From Podarcis pityusensis (lineage: Eukaryota), in assembly GCA_964106645.2 (NCBI GenBank), contig OZ067039.1: 64,000 nt of DNA. One strand, given 5' to 3'. The stretch's first letter is position 1; each line of letters begins with the position of its first letter. Below are positions 26,520 to 40,119 of this stretch, piece after piece. Under the pieces are notes generated by a model. That model worked only from the letters and a program-made list of their open reading frames with translations, had not been told where the DNA came from and did no database searches. The translations under genes were made by a program, and so were the position numbers.

Positions 26520-27908
26520 TAGCTTGCAAGTAAAGAGGTTATAAATAAAAATCAGCAAATAGTTTATAAAAATCCTTTTGCTGTTTTCTGATTTTTTAAA
26601 AATATATTATACTAGCAAATTGCTTAGATTTTCTTTAAAAAAGTATTTGCTAAGCAGCTTACAAATATCATAGGAAATACCAGAAAATAACAAATACTTC
26701 ATAGAAAAATCTGTTGGTTGAAGACAACATAGTCAGCTACTGAACAGGATAGTCTTCCTAAGTATCAGAAAGAGCCTCTGTAAACACATGGTTCCCTCCC
26801 CCAAAATATATAAAACTTAAGCAACATCAAACTTATGGGATGGTATTCCAGAATGTTGAGTAGAAGTGTGACATGACAAATCCTGCTACCCCTCATATTC
26901 CAGTCACAAGTGTTAGATTCTAGTTCTCCTTTTTTTGCATCTCAATACCTTACAAATTCTGGGTGGTTCCCCCCACCTCTAAATTTAGTGCTTGAAGCCT
27001 TTCATGTGGCAGGTATGACCAGGCTGAATCTGCCAGTGGTGGTCCATTATCCCTGCTGGCATTATCCAGTGCTGGATGGGAGTTTATTTCAGTCCATAAC
27101 AGCAGCATCTTACTTTGACTTACTTTGGGATTCAGTGATGGTTATTCTGTAGATGTGGTGAATCCCAGTGCATTTAGAGTGCAGTCTCACTTTCTGACCA
27201 ATTTGATTCTTACATCTGATCTTCTCAAGGGTTATTGATTCTCTTTTTGTGGGGTGTGTAAACAAGCAGAAATGACTTCAGAGGTTGGGTATCATGTGAT
27301 AATTAATTCTATGGACAGACCCTTTCAGAACTGAAGTTAAAACCGGGACCTCATTTTTCAGAAATTCTCAGTAACTGGTATGACACCAACCCAGTAACGT
27401 TGGGGGATAGGCAACTTGAGTCTCTGATGGTACCAAACCCAGTTTTCTGCTTTGCCCAAGTCCCACTTCATTGGCTAGCAGATCTTCATTCTGAAGTGCA
27501 GAAGGACAGTTGTCAAAGCACTCTTGGTTGTGATGTGATCGTGTGATATACATAATTGTGAATTGTCGTTGGTTTATAACTGCTAGGGTTCCATCCCTAC
27601 ATGGGGCTGTGCTACACCCACCCCCAGGCTCTGTCTGTAGAAAGCTCACTATGGGATACCAAAGCCCTATCCATAGAAAGATTTGAAATAGCTGCTCAAA
27701 TGTAGGATATAAATACGTAAGATATAAATGCCTGCCTACTGCTCAAAAATAGTTTTGGAGAGGACTTATACTCAATGTGATAGAATCTGAATGAGCTTTT
27801 TCCTGTGCACCCCCTCCCCCCCTTCTAACCACCTGGTGTGGCAACCTTATACTTAAATCCTTTTTTCCAGTTGTGTATTATTATTTTTTATATAAAATAC
27901 TAATAAAA

Positions 27909-27910
<2 letters not shown>

Positions 27911-27942
<32 letters not shown>
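27911..27942. repeat. (GT)16 microsatellite
   Basis: Read directly. Confidence 0.95.
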
Positions 27943-27945
<3 letters not shown>

Positions 27946-28621
27946 GTCCCCAAAATTATATCTCCTATATACATATATGAGATATAATTTTGGGAACTTT
28001 ACTGAAGGAAGTGGATGGGAGCATCTCTAGTTAGCTGTAAAATGCCTGTTGGGTATAAGATAACATTCATTTGGTGGAGCATCCTTAGCAGAGATGGCGC
28101 CTACTCTCTCAATTTTTAGTCTCTGGATCAAAACTATTTTATTTGCACAGGCTTTTAATGAACAGCGATGTTGACTTTAGAGTTGCCTTGAAATTTTATT
28201 GTCTTCATTTTTTATGCTGTGTTTCTACTGTCTTATTAATTTTATGGATTTTTGTAGTTTGTATTTTATTGGAGTTCTTATTGTTATTGATTGTGGCTTT
28301 TTGTTTGTTTGAGTCATTGGAAACTCCCTTGTAAATTACTTCACTGTTAAAAGAGGAGAGATAAATATTTTAAATAATTTTTTTGTGGAGGGTGAGGAAA
28401 TTAACAGGGATATAATACATTCTTAGGGTCACATAATTTTCCTGTCCAGTTAGTTTTCACCATATAAACAGAAAACAACCATAAAACTCTATCAGATTGT
28501 GTTAGGAAATCACTGAGCTAAAGAATGGGTCTTTTTTAAAACAAACAAACCACACACAGTATAAAAGTTAATCTCTTATAGGTATCTTCTGTAGACTCAT
28601 TGGTTATGGAAAGTGGAAGAA

Positions 28622-28668
<47 letters not shown>
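28622..28668. repeat. (TG)n(AG)n compound microsatellite
   Basis: Read directly. Confidence 0.95.
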
Positions 28669-30557
28669 CTAGGTAGAGTCTCAGCTGCCAATCAGTATGA
28701 ACAAATGAAAGATCCAATCTCTCTCTTTTTCCCCCTGGCAGCCTTTGTTCCCTTCATTTGAACAGAGTGGTTGCCTTCTGAGGTGTAAAATTACTATTCT
28801 GGGAAATGCACACAAATTTTGGCTCCTCGCCTCCATAGGAATTAAGATATTTATGTGGCTGTGTTCGTTTTAGAGAGAGAACATGTACGGGTCTGAACAT
28901 CTGGCTGGAAATGTCACCCTGGTGCTGGATTTCTGAGCTTTGATGCCAGTATGCCAAGCAGTGGTCTTAATTTCTTACATTGGAGTTGTCTTGGAGAGCT
29001 GTAGAAAATAAGGGTTGAGGCATCTGAAACTTGTGATTTTGGATATGAATCCGTTGGGCTGAGGAAGTCGAAAGCAGTCCAATATCATACGATTGAACCA
29101 GGGGTCCCCAAACTGTCGTTAACCAGGCCAATGGTGGTCTGCAAGCTTCATTCTAGTGGTCTGCCATGAGTTTGTGAAGAACAGTAGGCACAATGGCTGA
29201 TCCATCTTCCTTGGAACTTGGTGGTCTGCCCAGAAGATGAACAGGATGGACTGGAAGATTGGAAATCACTGCACTCGATGACTTAGTTGCGTGACTATTG
29301 TAAATGGGGTGTAGATGTGGGGTTCACTGCAAAGACTGACTTGGGGTCAAGGAACTCTTGTTGATGATTCTTGAAAGCATCCACCAGCCAATAGAGGCAC
29401 TTGCTTCCTCTGAATTCCTGTGAAGCTAGAGACACCTTTATGGGGGAAATGCATAAAATAGCCTTCTATTTTATTTTTATTTTTAAAAAATCATCATTTC
29501 CCTTAATCATTATTAAGATAGCTTCCCACAAAGAAAATATTACTTTACACATTATGACACCTCCAACATTTTAAGGGGCATGGAGCAGGCCAGCAAAAAT
29601 TAGGGAGTGGATATTGCTGGTGTATACATCTACTCACTATCCTTGAGGTCCTCTTATATGAGGGTGCTGCACCCCGACCACCCCGCCTTAACCAGATTCC
29701 AGATCATATGGAGGCATCTGAGTGCTTTGGGTCACCCTTCCTTCAGGCCTTTCTGCTCAGTTTGAGGAGGTTGGAGTGGAGGGTCACATGCAGGAATATT
29801 GGGGGCAAGGGCAGGCATGCATGCCCACAACATCCTAATATTTCCTGCTCCAACGTAATAAGTCATCTGAAGTATCGAAAAGGATGGCAGGACTTAAAAG
29901 CCCAAGCAGATTGTGAAGAGCTTTTGCCTTGATGGAGCAACTCACTGGTAAATAGGATTCAGCTGCATTTATGCCAGCATCTGGCTGGCCGGTTTTGGAT
30001 GCAGATGCTGGGCTAGATGAATCTTTGGGCTGATCCAGTAGGGTTATTCTTTCCTGGTTATATTAAAGGCTCACAGCCTCCTTCGTCTCTAAATGTCACA
30101 ATTTTGCTGGCCAACTTGATATTACATAAGCCCTTTTCACGTATCTCTTGGAAAACCATAGCCACCGATTTACTGTGAGTGTAGCAATCTGGTCTGTTTT
30201 GCTCCTCACCATTATTGCACAGGGAAAATTTATTGCAGTCTGTCAAATAGTATTATGTCTAAGCTGCGAGTCATGGTTGGGTTCAGTCCTGACAACCCAC
30301 AATCTGTAGCCAAGGTTTGTTCTTGATTATGTTACTGACCGTGGTTTGTTTTGAGCAGTTGTTTCCCCCATGCATTTCCTTAGCTTCAGGATTTGGGTGC
30401 TGTAGTAGTGAGGTCCTACATTTAACTGATTTTGTATATGTATTTGCACTCCCAAAAACATTTGCTACACAGTATAAACAGGAAATATTAGCATATTGCC
30501 CTGCTATAACTTGAAGTGCTAAAGATGTCCGCATATTAAACATGAAAAGATGTAGAT

Positions 30558-30693
30558 CAGGCTTCCTCAACCTCAGCTCTCCAGATGTTTTTGGCCTAAA
30601 ACTCCCATGATCCCTAGCTAGCAGGACCAATGGTCAGGGATGATGGGAATTGTAGTCTCAAAACAACTGGAGGGTCGAGGTTGAGGAAGGCTG
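30558..30693. mobile_element. Palindromic hAT MITE, family D
   Basis: Perfect 8-bp TSD ATGTAGAT. Confidence 0.88.
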
Positions 30694-31554
30694 ATGTAGA
30701 TTATAACACTGTTTTGTCCTTACTCTGTTTCCCATACTTAGGTATCTGGGAAACTGTTGTTTGGGCTTCATATTTGTAGACAAATTGGAAAGAGTTAAAA
30801 GGAGAAGAGCGAATATGATTTAAAAAACCAGAGCATTTAAGGATTCGGATACGTATCTGTGCATGTTTGTTTAGGAGTCAGACCCAGTATGTTCTAGGGA
30901 GCTTTATCTATCCAGCCTTAGTCTCTGTAGGTTTGGAGTACCATCTTGCCATTACAGCATGAATGTTGTGATCCTGCATATGTAAGGGGGCTAGGGTTGA
31001 CTACTATTAAACAAAGTGTTCCTATATTTCAAAAAATTATTTATTTTGGCTGTCAGATAACATTTGCAATAGATTAAGTCCTGCACCAGTCCAGGGTTGG
31101 TGACATTTGAGTCCTTTTCCATTCTCTGGCTCTATGTCAAAATCTCCTAATGCTCATTTTTTAAAATATTCACCAAACACAAATAAACATGATACTGGTT
31201 TAGGCACGATTAACCCTTTAATTCACTGAGTAGAAGACTTCAAATGTGTTTCTAGGAATGTAATCAAGGAAAATCATCAATATTAATTAGGAGCATGGTT
31301 CCCTCTGGCTCTAGGCAAGCTAGCTTGTATTTTTGCAGGAATGCGTATCCTGGAATGCCTATGGGGCATACAACACTGTGCGGTACTGAGGAATATTGAT
31401 TATGTTTAAACATTTGAGTAACGAGGGATCTTTGGAGTCACAGTAGTACTGTACAAACTAAAATTTGCCTAAGGCTAATGGAATTAAAAAGCCTATTCTA
31501 TGCATGTTGAATTGAGAGAACTGATAAATGAAACGAGAGTTGTTTCATATATGC

Positions 31555-31555
31555 G

Positions 31556-31589
<34 letters not shown>
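31555..31589. repeat. (GTT)n microsatellite
   Basis: Read directly. Confidence 0.93.
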
Positions 31590-32281
31590 AGTAGAAGTAG
31601 TATCATTTTGTTCCCCTATTTTTACTCTGAATTCCAAGGATTGTTAATAGTTTAAGCAAGTTGACTTAAATAAAAACCAAGCTAGATGTGGTGGCTGCTG
31701 CCGTTAATGCCATCGACAATTCCCTTCTGTATTGTGTCATAAAATTTACCTGACATTGTGACATCACAGCATTTTGCATCCCCCCTCCCTGGTGACATGG
31801 AGTAGGCCTGGGGGAATGTCAAAAACCCTTGGTGCAAGATAATGTTTTGCCAGATGTTACTGATGGGGAAGTGGAAGTGATCGCAGTAGCTATATGTACA
31901 CCATCATGCCTAGTGTGCCTCTTGTGGCCTCTTTGCGCAGGCAAAATGGCCCCCTGTGTGATGAGCTCCAGCAGTCCCTAAGGATACATTCCTATGGCGA
32001 ATGTAACACGCAGCCTAGGCCTCCTGTTGCTTCCAGCTTCAGTTTCCCAGCAGCAAATGGCTTCTGACCGTCTACACTTCTGAATAATAATGTGGCTGCT
32101 GTATTATTATTATTTTGTCTCAGAGGTGATTCTAGGTTTCATGACAATAATATGGAGAGGAGCAAAGGAGGAAACTTGAGACCTGTGTTGAATGTCTCTT
32201 GGACAGAACAACCCCAAGCTTCTGCCATTTGGTTACTCTGGCCTTCTGTTGCTATACAGCTTTTTGTTTCCTGAGCATATA

Positions 32282-32506
32282 CAGTGGTACCTCGGGTTAA
32301 GTACTTAATTCGTTCTGGAGGTCCGTTCTTAACCTGAAACTGTTCTTAACCTGAAGACCACTTTAGCTAATGGGGCCTCCTGCTGCCGCTGCGCTGCCGG
32401 AGCACGATTTCTGTTCTCACCCTGAAGCAAAGTTCTTAACCCAAGGTACTATTTCTGGGTTAGCGGATTCTGTAACCTGAAGCGTCTGTAACCCGAGGTA
32501 CCACTG
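32282..32506 (-). mobile_element. Tc1/mariner MITE, family A (reverse)
   Basis: Same TIRs, body reversed, TA TSD. Confidence 0.88.
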
Positions 32507-32612
32507 TATTGGAAAGGCCAATCTGTGCAAGGAACAAGGGAAGCAGAGAGCAACAGTCCCCATTGCCTGCACTTTTAACCAAGTTTTCAGCCTTTGTCTC
32601 TACATATGTATA

Positions 32613-32838
32613 CAGTGGTACCTCAGGTTAAGAAAGTAATTCGTTCTGGAGGTCTGTTCTTAACCTGAAACTGTTCTTAACCTGAGGTGCCACTTTAGCT
32701 AATGGGGCCTCCCGCTGCCGCCGCGCCGCCACCGCACAATTTCTGTTCTCATCCTGAGGCAAAGTTCTTAACCCAAGGTACTATTTCTGGGTTAGAGGGG
32801 GCTGTAACCTGAAGTGTCTGTAACCCGAGGTACCACTG
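32613..32838 (-). mobile_element. Tc1/mariner MITE, family A (reverse)
   Basis: Second copy 106 bp from the previous one, TA TSD. Confidence 0.88.
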
Positions 32839-33783
32839 TATGTCGCATGCCTCTCGTGCCTTCTCTTCCATGCACAGCACAGCAATGTTCTGTAGATGCT
32901 TTGGAACATGCAGGAGGCACAGCTGCGCTCAACACTGGGCCGTGGAATTACAGCTCTGCCGTGCTCCTCTTATTCTTCCTGTAGCCTTCTGAAAGCTGAA
33001 GTGGCTGTTGAGGCACCATGAGAGGAGCAGGCACCCTTTGCATCAAGGCTCACCCGTTCTCAATTCTCTCGTTGATCTTATGGCATCCCTCACCCCTCAC
33101 ATTATACAAATGAGAACTTAGCTTGTTAGCAATAATTGACAGAGTTCTGGCTTATACTGTATCCTCACCTTCCAGTACTAATAATGTTCACTGTTGTTTT
33201 GAAGTTCATCTTTCTTGCTTTGCTCATTGCCAGTTGAAGAGATGGGGTTTTTTGTGTGCGTGTGCATGTGCTTCTAATGTAGAAAAGCAGCATTATTGTT
33301 GGATTTCATGAAATAAAGGATTAATACTTAAGAAAGAGAAAAAACATTTTTTTTCCATTTGGAATATGAGGGGCAGAATGTTTTTAATTGGCTCAGCTGG
33401 GCAGTTTCTCTTCATATTCTTTACAACAAGGTTTCTTTCTTCCTGTGTCCACTGCTGAGGACTTAGCCAGAAGATGAAAGGATATTTCTTATTTTAAATT
33501 AATATTTATTGGTTTAAAACCAACACTTATACACACAACAAAAGCTTGAAAAAAGAAAAGAAAGAGAGACAAAAGAAGCACGATACATCTCTTACAAACA
33601 ATACAATAGAACATATTTCATCCATTCTTAGTGAAGCTTTAGCCAAATCTTTCTGCTGCTTTCACTGCAGGCAGTGCGCACTCTCTCTCTGCTACTTATT
33701 TATTTAAAAGCATTTATAAACCACTTACAATTTTAAAGTCTCTAAGCAGTGATGTGAGTAGAGAGTCTTGAGCTACTTGGCTA

Positions 33784-34033
33784 AGAGTCAGTGTGGTGTA
33801 GTGGTTAAGAGCGATAGACTCGTAATCTGGTGAACCGGGTTCGCATCTCCGCGCCTCCACATGCAGCTGCTGGGAGACCTTGGGCTAGTCACACTTCTTT
33901 GAAGTCTCTCAGCCCCACTCACCTCACAGAGTGTTTGTTGTGGGGGACGAAGGGAAAGGAGAATGTTAGCCGCTTTGAGACTCCTTCGGGTAATGATAAA
34001 ACAGGATATCAAATCCAAACTCTTCTACTCTTC
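33784..34033 (+). mobile_element. tRNA-derived SINE (Squam3/CORE-like)
   Basis: A box TGGTGTAGTGG, B-box-like GGTTCGCATCTCC, a gaccttgggctagtcac core and a CTT-rich tail. Family assignment from recall. Confidence 0.7.
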
Positions 34034-35091
34034 TAAGAACAACAACAACAACAATGTCCATTGCTTACATGGAAGATGGGAATTCTACCTACAGTATCTA
34101 TATTCGTAATAGTTCCCTGTAAAGGGATTCCACAGCGCCCCTTCCTAAGCTATGTAGTCAAGGCTATATATACCTGACTTTGTTTTGTTTTTTAAACCCT
34201 TAGAAATCTGTGGCCATACAATTCAAATTCTCTGCCAAGAAAAGCTGAATTCTGTAACATGTATAAATTATGAAATAAGCAGGATTTCTTTTATTTTACA
34301 TAATTCATTGTTCAGTGTTTACTGTTTTGCATAATCTGTCCTTGTTCTGCTAGCTTTGGGGAGGAGAAGAAGCTAATATAGACAGCATGAATTATGAACT
34401 TTAGACCTTGAGTCCAACTAGACAAGACACAGGAGATCTGTGAATGGTCCTTCTTCTGGTTTTTCTCTATTCTTCAAAGTGGCAGAGAGGTTGCACAGAC
34501 TAGATTAAGAGACCATGATTCTGGAGAAGGGAGTTATCCTTTGCCCCTTGCTGAAAACACATGGGCGCATGTTTGTTTTCCTGAGGAAGGCAAAGAGCCC
34601 TGCTGACCTAATTTTGGGGCACTACTGCTTTGGTGGAGCAGGGTGGGGGTGGGTGGTGGGTGGGGAGAGGCAAGCCAGGCTTTGCTCTTCCACAAATCAT
34701 CTGGTTTGGTCCCCAGTCTGCTTGAAGTCACAATCTAACCTTGTCCATGGTGCTGATTTGATTGTTTTTAACAACCTCATCTTACCACACCATTGGGACC
34801 ATGGAATTGTGCCCTGTCTCATAGTGTAGCTTGATATTTAGCCTTCCATAAACCATTTTCTCACACAGCAAATAAACCATGAACTCATAAGCTCCTTGAA
34901 GCATATCTTTAAACTTCTATTTGTTTAATTTATGGTATTGTTGGGTCTCGTGGACAGATGCCTTATACATTCGCCCCTCCCACTCCTTCCTTAACTTCTT
35001 TTCCTTCCTTCCTTCAATTTTTATAGTCAGTGAACTAGAAATATACTTTAAAAAACATAGTAAACTTCTTTTCCTTGTGCATTGGTTGGTA

Positions 35092-35429
35092 AAAAGGTAA
35101 AGGGCAAAGGGACCCCTGACCGACTCTGGGGTTGCGGCGCTCATCTCGCTTTATTGGCCGAGGGAGCCAGCATACAGCTTCCAGGTCATGTGACCAGCAT
35201 GACTAAGCTGCTTCTGGCGAACCAGAGCAGCGCACGGAAACGCCATTTACCTTCCTGCAGGAGCAGTACCTATTTATCTACTTGCACTTGACGTGCTTTC
35301 GAACTGCTAGGTTGGCAGGAGCAGGGACCGAGCAACGGGAGCTCACCCCATCGCGGGGATTCGAACCCCGACCTTCTGATCGGCAAGTCCTAGGCTCTGT
35401 GGTTTAACCCACAGCACCACCCGCGTCCC
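35092..35429 (-). mobile_element. Sauria SINE with both ends and TSD
   Basis: GGGACGCGG head and tail both present. 13-bp TSD GCATTGGTTGGTA at 35079-35091 and 35430-35442. Confidence 0.92.
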
Positions 35430-36888
35430 GCATTGGTTGGTAGAATGCCACAAACAACACTGTGTTGTGGAGTGTTCTTAACAAACATGGTGCATGAGTT
35501 TTAAAGGAAATGTTGAGCAGACTGGTTGGTGGGCCCTTCACTCAAAATGTTGTCACTGTGACTCACTGTCATTTATATAACCTACATGTAATAATCCTGA
35601 GTTCTGCTGGATTGGCACAGAAGAACCATGAGGCAAATGGATGCTTTTTGGCTGGCTGAAGAAAATTCATAGCTTTTACTAATGGAACCACATTTGATAG
35701 GAAGGGCAACTGTGCACTGGGCTGTGAACTGTTTCTGCTGTAGAGAAGCAGCTGATATTAGTTTCTTTCACTGATAGTACAGATGGCGATAATTTGAAGA
35801 GCTTCTCTTGAGAGCAGTTCTGCAGTAATTTAAACTCCCAGTTTGCAAATCTTTATTCAGCTCTCTCTGTTTCTTGCATTTATTTTTGTTTGTACTGGAA
35901 GCAAAGCTGCTGAGCTAGAGTAAGGGTGGACACCCTTACTTGTTATATGCCAGTGGATGTGTTTGACACTTCAGAGAAATGTAATAATACCCAGATTCCG
36001 AACCAAAAGAGTCCAAATTTTTACTTAGAGCAAACTTTGCCCATTTTGCTTATATTATGCAGATGCATGCAAATAGTGTACTTTGTTCTTACTGCTGTGC
36101 TGGAATTTGTAAATTGGCAAAGATTGGTTGGGTCTTTGGCAAAGAAAATGGTTAGTGGAAGAGGAGTTGGGCTGGAATACAGGTCTATTGGTTCCATTTC
36201 CTGATTACTGGAACCCTGACCAAGAGGGCCTTTTGGATCCCTTATTTGAGAGATCAGCCAGGTGTTTCATCCTTTTCCTCTGCGGCTGTGAAGATCAGAA
36301 GCCTGCCTCTCTGTTTTTAACACCCGAGAGCTGGAATTTTCAAGAAGCCAGAATCCTTGCTGTAGTTCATAATTGACACTACATGGCAAAAATAATGAGC
36401 CTAGTACAGTAAATAACTTGTAGCTCTGCACTGAACATTATTTGCTTTTAAAGTGTGTTGTAATGCTGGCAGCTGCTCTTAGATGGCCAAATAAAAAAAA
36501 CATGTCTCCTTTGCAGAGATTTGAGTCAACTGAACTTAAATGCTTCCGTCAGTATTTCTAAGGGAAAGCAAATATCATGGTTTCTTGTGTGGGTGGCAGT
36601 TTTCTGGTGGCAGTCAGTCATATAGTCTGTCATGCAGCAGCTCTGCTTGAGGTAGTGGCAGCACAGAAATCCGGCTGGAATTAACTGACAGAAATTATTA
36701 ATATGTGAAATGGCATTGACTGTTAGGAAAACTTGGTGGGTGGGTTTGTAGATTTCAAACTTTTAAATACTAGCAAAGCTTGTTTTCCTCCCCCCTCCCT
36801 TTTTTTGGGGGGGGGATGAATTAGCCTTGGTTTATGTGAAAGCTCAGATTCAAACCTAGAGCTAAGCTTGCGCAATTGCAAACCCATT

Positions 36889-37098
36889 TTATTTATATTT
36901 ATTTACTTAATAAATGTATATCCCACTTTTTCCTCTGAGAAGCTCAAGGCAGCACAGATGGTTCTTTCCTTCCCATTTTATCCTCACAACAATATCTGTG
37001 ATGTAGGTTAGGTTGATAGAGAAAGAGTGACTTGCCCAAAGTCATCCAGTGAGATGACTTAAGTTGTGTCTAAGTCTAGCTATGACACCACACTGGGT
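36889..37098 (-). mobile_element. Older tRNA-derived SINE, same superfamily
   Basis: (TTTA)n tail, then tcctcacaacaa...gagtgacttgcccaaagtcatccagtgag. Confidence 0.55.
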
Positions 37099-38014
37099 AT
37101 TAGACAAAAGGATTGCTGCAGTGTACTCTATGTGGGACTACCCTTGAGCAGGGTGGATAAAAATCAATGCTTTTTTAAAAAATAAAATAAAATAAAATCG
37201 GATTTATTTGATTTAAATCAGATTTTTAAAAATAAAATGCTTTTGAAGGAAAACTCTTTCTAAAGATAGTTTTCTAATTAAATTACATTATAATCCAAAG
37301 GCTATTCATCAGGAAATAAGGATTTGTTTTAAGTTTTTCATGTGTGCTAAAACTCAGTCTAAGGTGTTTTTTTAAAAATTGTTTAACCACATCAGTTAAC
37401 AAACATCAATACATGTGCTATAATGTTATTGTTTTAGTTAAATAAACTGTTTAAATTGTTATTATTTTTCTCCTTCCAATGAAGTACAGCAGAAAAGTTA
37501 TCTAAATATAAACAACAATTTCATAATTACCTATCTATGTATTTCTAATAGTATAACCAAATCAGTAATTTTTGATATAACTGTAAAAACTACTCCGAAC
37601 ATTTATTATTCCAAAAATGAAACGTTCATCTGGTTGTAAATATTAAGATTATACCAGCAAGAATGAGTCTTTCTGTAAAAAAATGATTTAAATCAAGTTT
37701 TACAGATGAGTGATTTAAAACGATTTGATTTAAATCGATTTGATTGAAATCAAATCCACCTTGCCCTTGAGGTTTGTTTGGAAGTTGCAGGTAGTGCAAC
37801 ATGGGACATGTTAAGCGGCTACTGAAAGAATTGCACTGATTGCCAGTTAGCTATTGGGCTAAGTTCAAGGTGCTCTTTTTGGTGGATAAAGCCCTGTAGA
37901 TACCTGAAAGATCATCTCACCCCTTAAATGCCCAATCAACACTGCCATCTTATCAGGAGGTCTGTTCCTCACAAAAAGGATAGGAATCAGGGCCTTTTGT
38001 GTTGTGGCACCTAC
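37099..38014 (+). mobile_element. L2-like LINE ORF2 3' remnant, interrupted by DNA transposons
   Basis: Decayed DCCSVLYVGLPL|RFVWKLQVVQ...LKELH*LPV...RAFCVVAP motifs read across the insertions. Confidence 0.65.
37149..37763. mobile_element. AT-rich non-autonomous hAT (615 bp)
   Basis: CAGGGTGGAT...ATCCACCTTG ends, repeated GATTTAAATC subterminal palindromes, perfect 8-bp TSD CCCTTGAG. Confidence 0.85.
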
Positions 38015-38177
38015 CAGAGGTGGTTTTAGGGTAGCGTGACCAGTACAGTCACACTGGGCACTATCCTGCAGGGGGCGCCAAAACAATGCTGTGGAACGGA
38101 GCCCGAGAGGCAGGGGAACTGAATTTTAGCATCACACAGGGAACTGCTGAAATTTGAGAGTCCAAAGTCTACTGCTG
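38015..38177. mobile_element. Small degenerate DNA transposon, probably hAT
   Basis: CAG...CTG ends with CACCTAC duplicated on both sides. Interrupts an L2-like remnant. Confidence 0.6.
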
Positions 38178-38350
38178 CACCTACCCTTTGTCTTTGCTCT
38201 CCTTTTGGCACCTACTGAGACATTCCCTTTTCAAAACAAAACTTTTTTCCAAAAAAACAAAACCCCAAAAGATCTTTCCTAGTCTGCACCTGTACTGGAA
38301 CTGTTTATAGAAGTTTTGATGGTTTTGACCTTTCATTGTTTGCCACCCTA

Positions 38351-38525
38351 GGGAAGAGCCGTAGTGTAGTGATAGGGCATCTACTTCAACCCCTGGCATC
38401 TTCAGGTAGGACTCAGAGAGGCTTCCTGATACCGTGGAGAGCTGCTGCCAATCAGAGAATTCTGAGCTAAATAGACCATTGGTGTGACTCAATATAATGA
38501 AACTTTCTGTGCTCTTCTGTTCCTA
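38351..38525 (+). mobile_element. Old SINE of another squamate family (related copies near 4800-4965 on + and 54055-54210 on -)
   Basis: Shared motifs cctggcatcttcagg and ggagagctgctgccaatcag...gagctaaatagaccattgg...tgactc. Degenerate, boundaries approximate. Confidence 0.5.
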
Positions 38526-38586
38526 TGCCCTGGGCTCCTTTGAGAAGAGGGGTGAGATATAAATTTAAATAATAATGATGAGGATA

Positions 38587-38838
38587 CAGTGGACGCTCAG
38601 GTTGCGAACGTGATCCGAGCAGGATGCACGTTCGCAACCCGCAGCGTTCGCAACCCGCATCTGCGCACACGCGGATTGCGATCTGGAGCTTCTGTGCATG
38701 TGCAAAGTGCGATTTAGCACTTCTGCGCATGCACGATTGCCGTAACCCGGAAGTAACCCGTTCCGGTACTTCCAGGTTTTGGCGATCTGCAACCCGAAAA
38801 GATGCAACCTGAAGCGGCTGTAACCCGAGGTATGACTG
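38587..38838. mobile_element. Tc1/mariner MITE with imperfect TIRs, related to family A
   Basis: TA-CAGTGGACGCTCAGGTTG...TAACCCGAGGTATGACTG-TA, CpG-rich interior. Confidence 0.75.
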
Positions 38839-39862
38839 TACTTGTAAATATTGTTAGGTAAATGCGTCAAGATTTGAGGGTTGCAACAAATGCAGCCATG
38901 TCCAGACCAAAGCCATATATTTTCCTTTGTGCCGTTGGAGCTCCGCAGAATGATTTGTCGTTCCTGCTTTAAATGCACTACCAGGTAGGGGAATAGGAGC
39001 AGTTAAAGAGTTTAAGGGAGGCATTAAGCTGGAATAAATCATTGTGTGTCTGTGCCCTTCTCAAATGTAAGTGGACTAAAGCCTACTTTTTAAAAAAAAA
39101 ATCTTATTTGAAAAACATAGTTTATAGCCCTTGGCTATATAGCTCAAGAAACAAAACAAATGCCTGCAAATCTGAGAAAGGGTCAAAGGCTCTGAAATTT
39201 TGGACAGGAAACAATTGCTGCTTTAGTCCCCTTCTGCTAGGACTGCCTGCTGGTGGGCGATAAAGCAGCCTCTGTGTGCTGAGACGATTTCCCCAGCACT
39301 GACTGCTGAGTAGCATTTCACTCTCATGGCCTTTTTTGCTCCCAGAGTTTGGCCCAGAACTCGCAGAAAGGATTACTGAGTATGTGCCTAGCTCCCTGCT
39401 GAACCAAATATCCCATTAATTGTCTGAAGTGGCTGAGCCAGGCCCCGCAACGAAACAAAAAGCCTTGGCTCTGGGGATGCCAGTATTAGCAGCTTGAAAT
39501 CTGTTGGTCTGAGGGCAAGCATGTCAGAGTTTGCACCACAGACTACTGAACTAGTCTGAAAACAAATGCAGGGATATATGGCAGCAAAAGGTCTGTGTAA
39601 GGGTCTGTAATTGTAAGTTCTCGAGCTTGCTTTTTCTCTGCCTGGGGAACAGGAGTGATGCGGTCTCTAAAACCGAGGTATGCTGCCAACAGCCTTCTTT
39701 CCCCTCACTTAACCTTGAGGCAAAAGCAATTCAGGTACAGCAAACAAGGGCTACCAAAGTGTTAATTACTGCCAATGTAGTAATCTGCAACCAGTGTGTT
39801 CAGACCTGGCACAGCTGAGACTTGGCTGCTTGTGCATGATGGAGAATGAGCAAAACTGAGTA

Positions 39863-40119
39863 CCGTATTTTTCACTCTATAAGATGCACCAGACCACAAG
39901 ACGCACCTAGTTTTTGGACGAGGAAAACAAGAAAAAAAATTCTGAATCTCAGAAGCCAGAACAGCAAGAGGGATCGCTGCGCAGTGAAAGCAGCAATCCC
40001 TCTTGCTGTTCTGGCTTCTGGGATAGCTGTGCAGCCTGCATTCGCTCCATAAGACGCACACACATTTCCCCTTACTTTTTAGGAGGGAAAAAGTGAGTCT
40101 TATAGAGCAAAAAATACGT
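39863..40119. mobile_element. Tc2/pogo-like MITE, family C (different interior)
   Basis: TA-CCGTATTTTTCACTCTATAAG...CTTATAGAGCAAAAAATACGT-TA. Confidence 0.82.
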
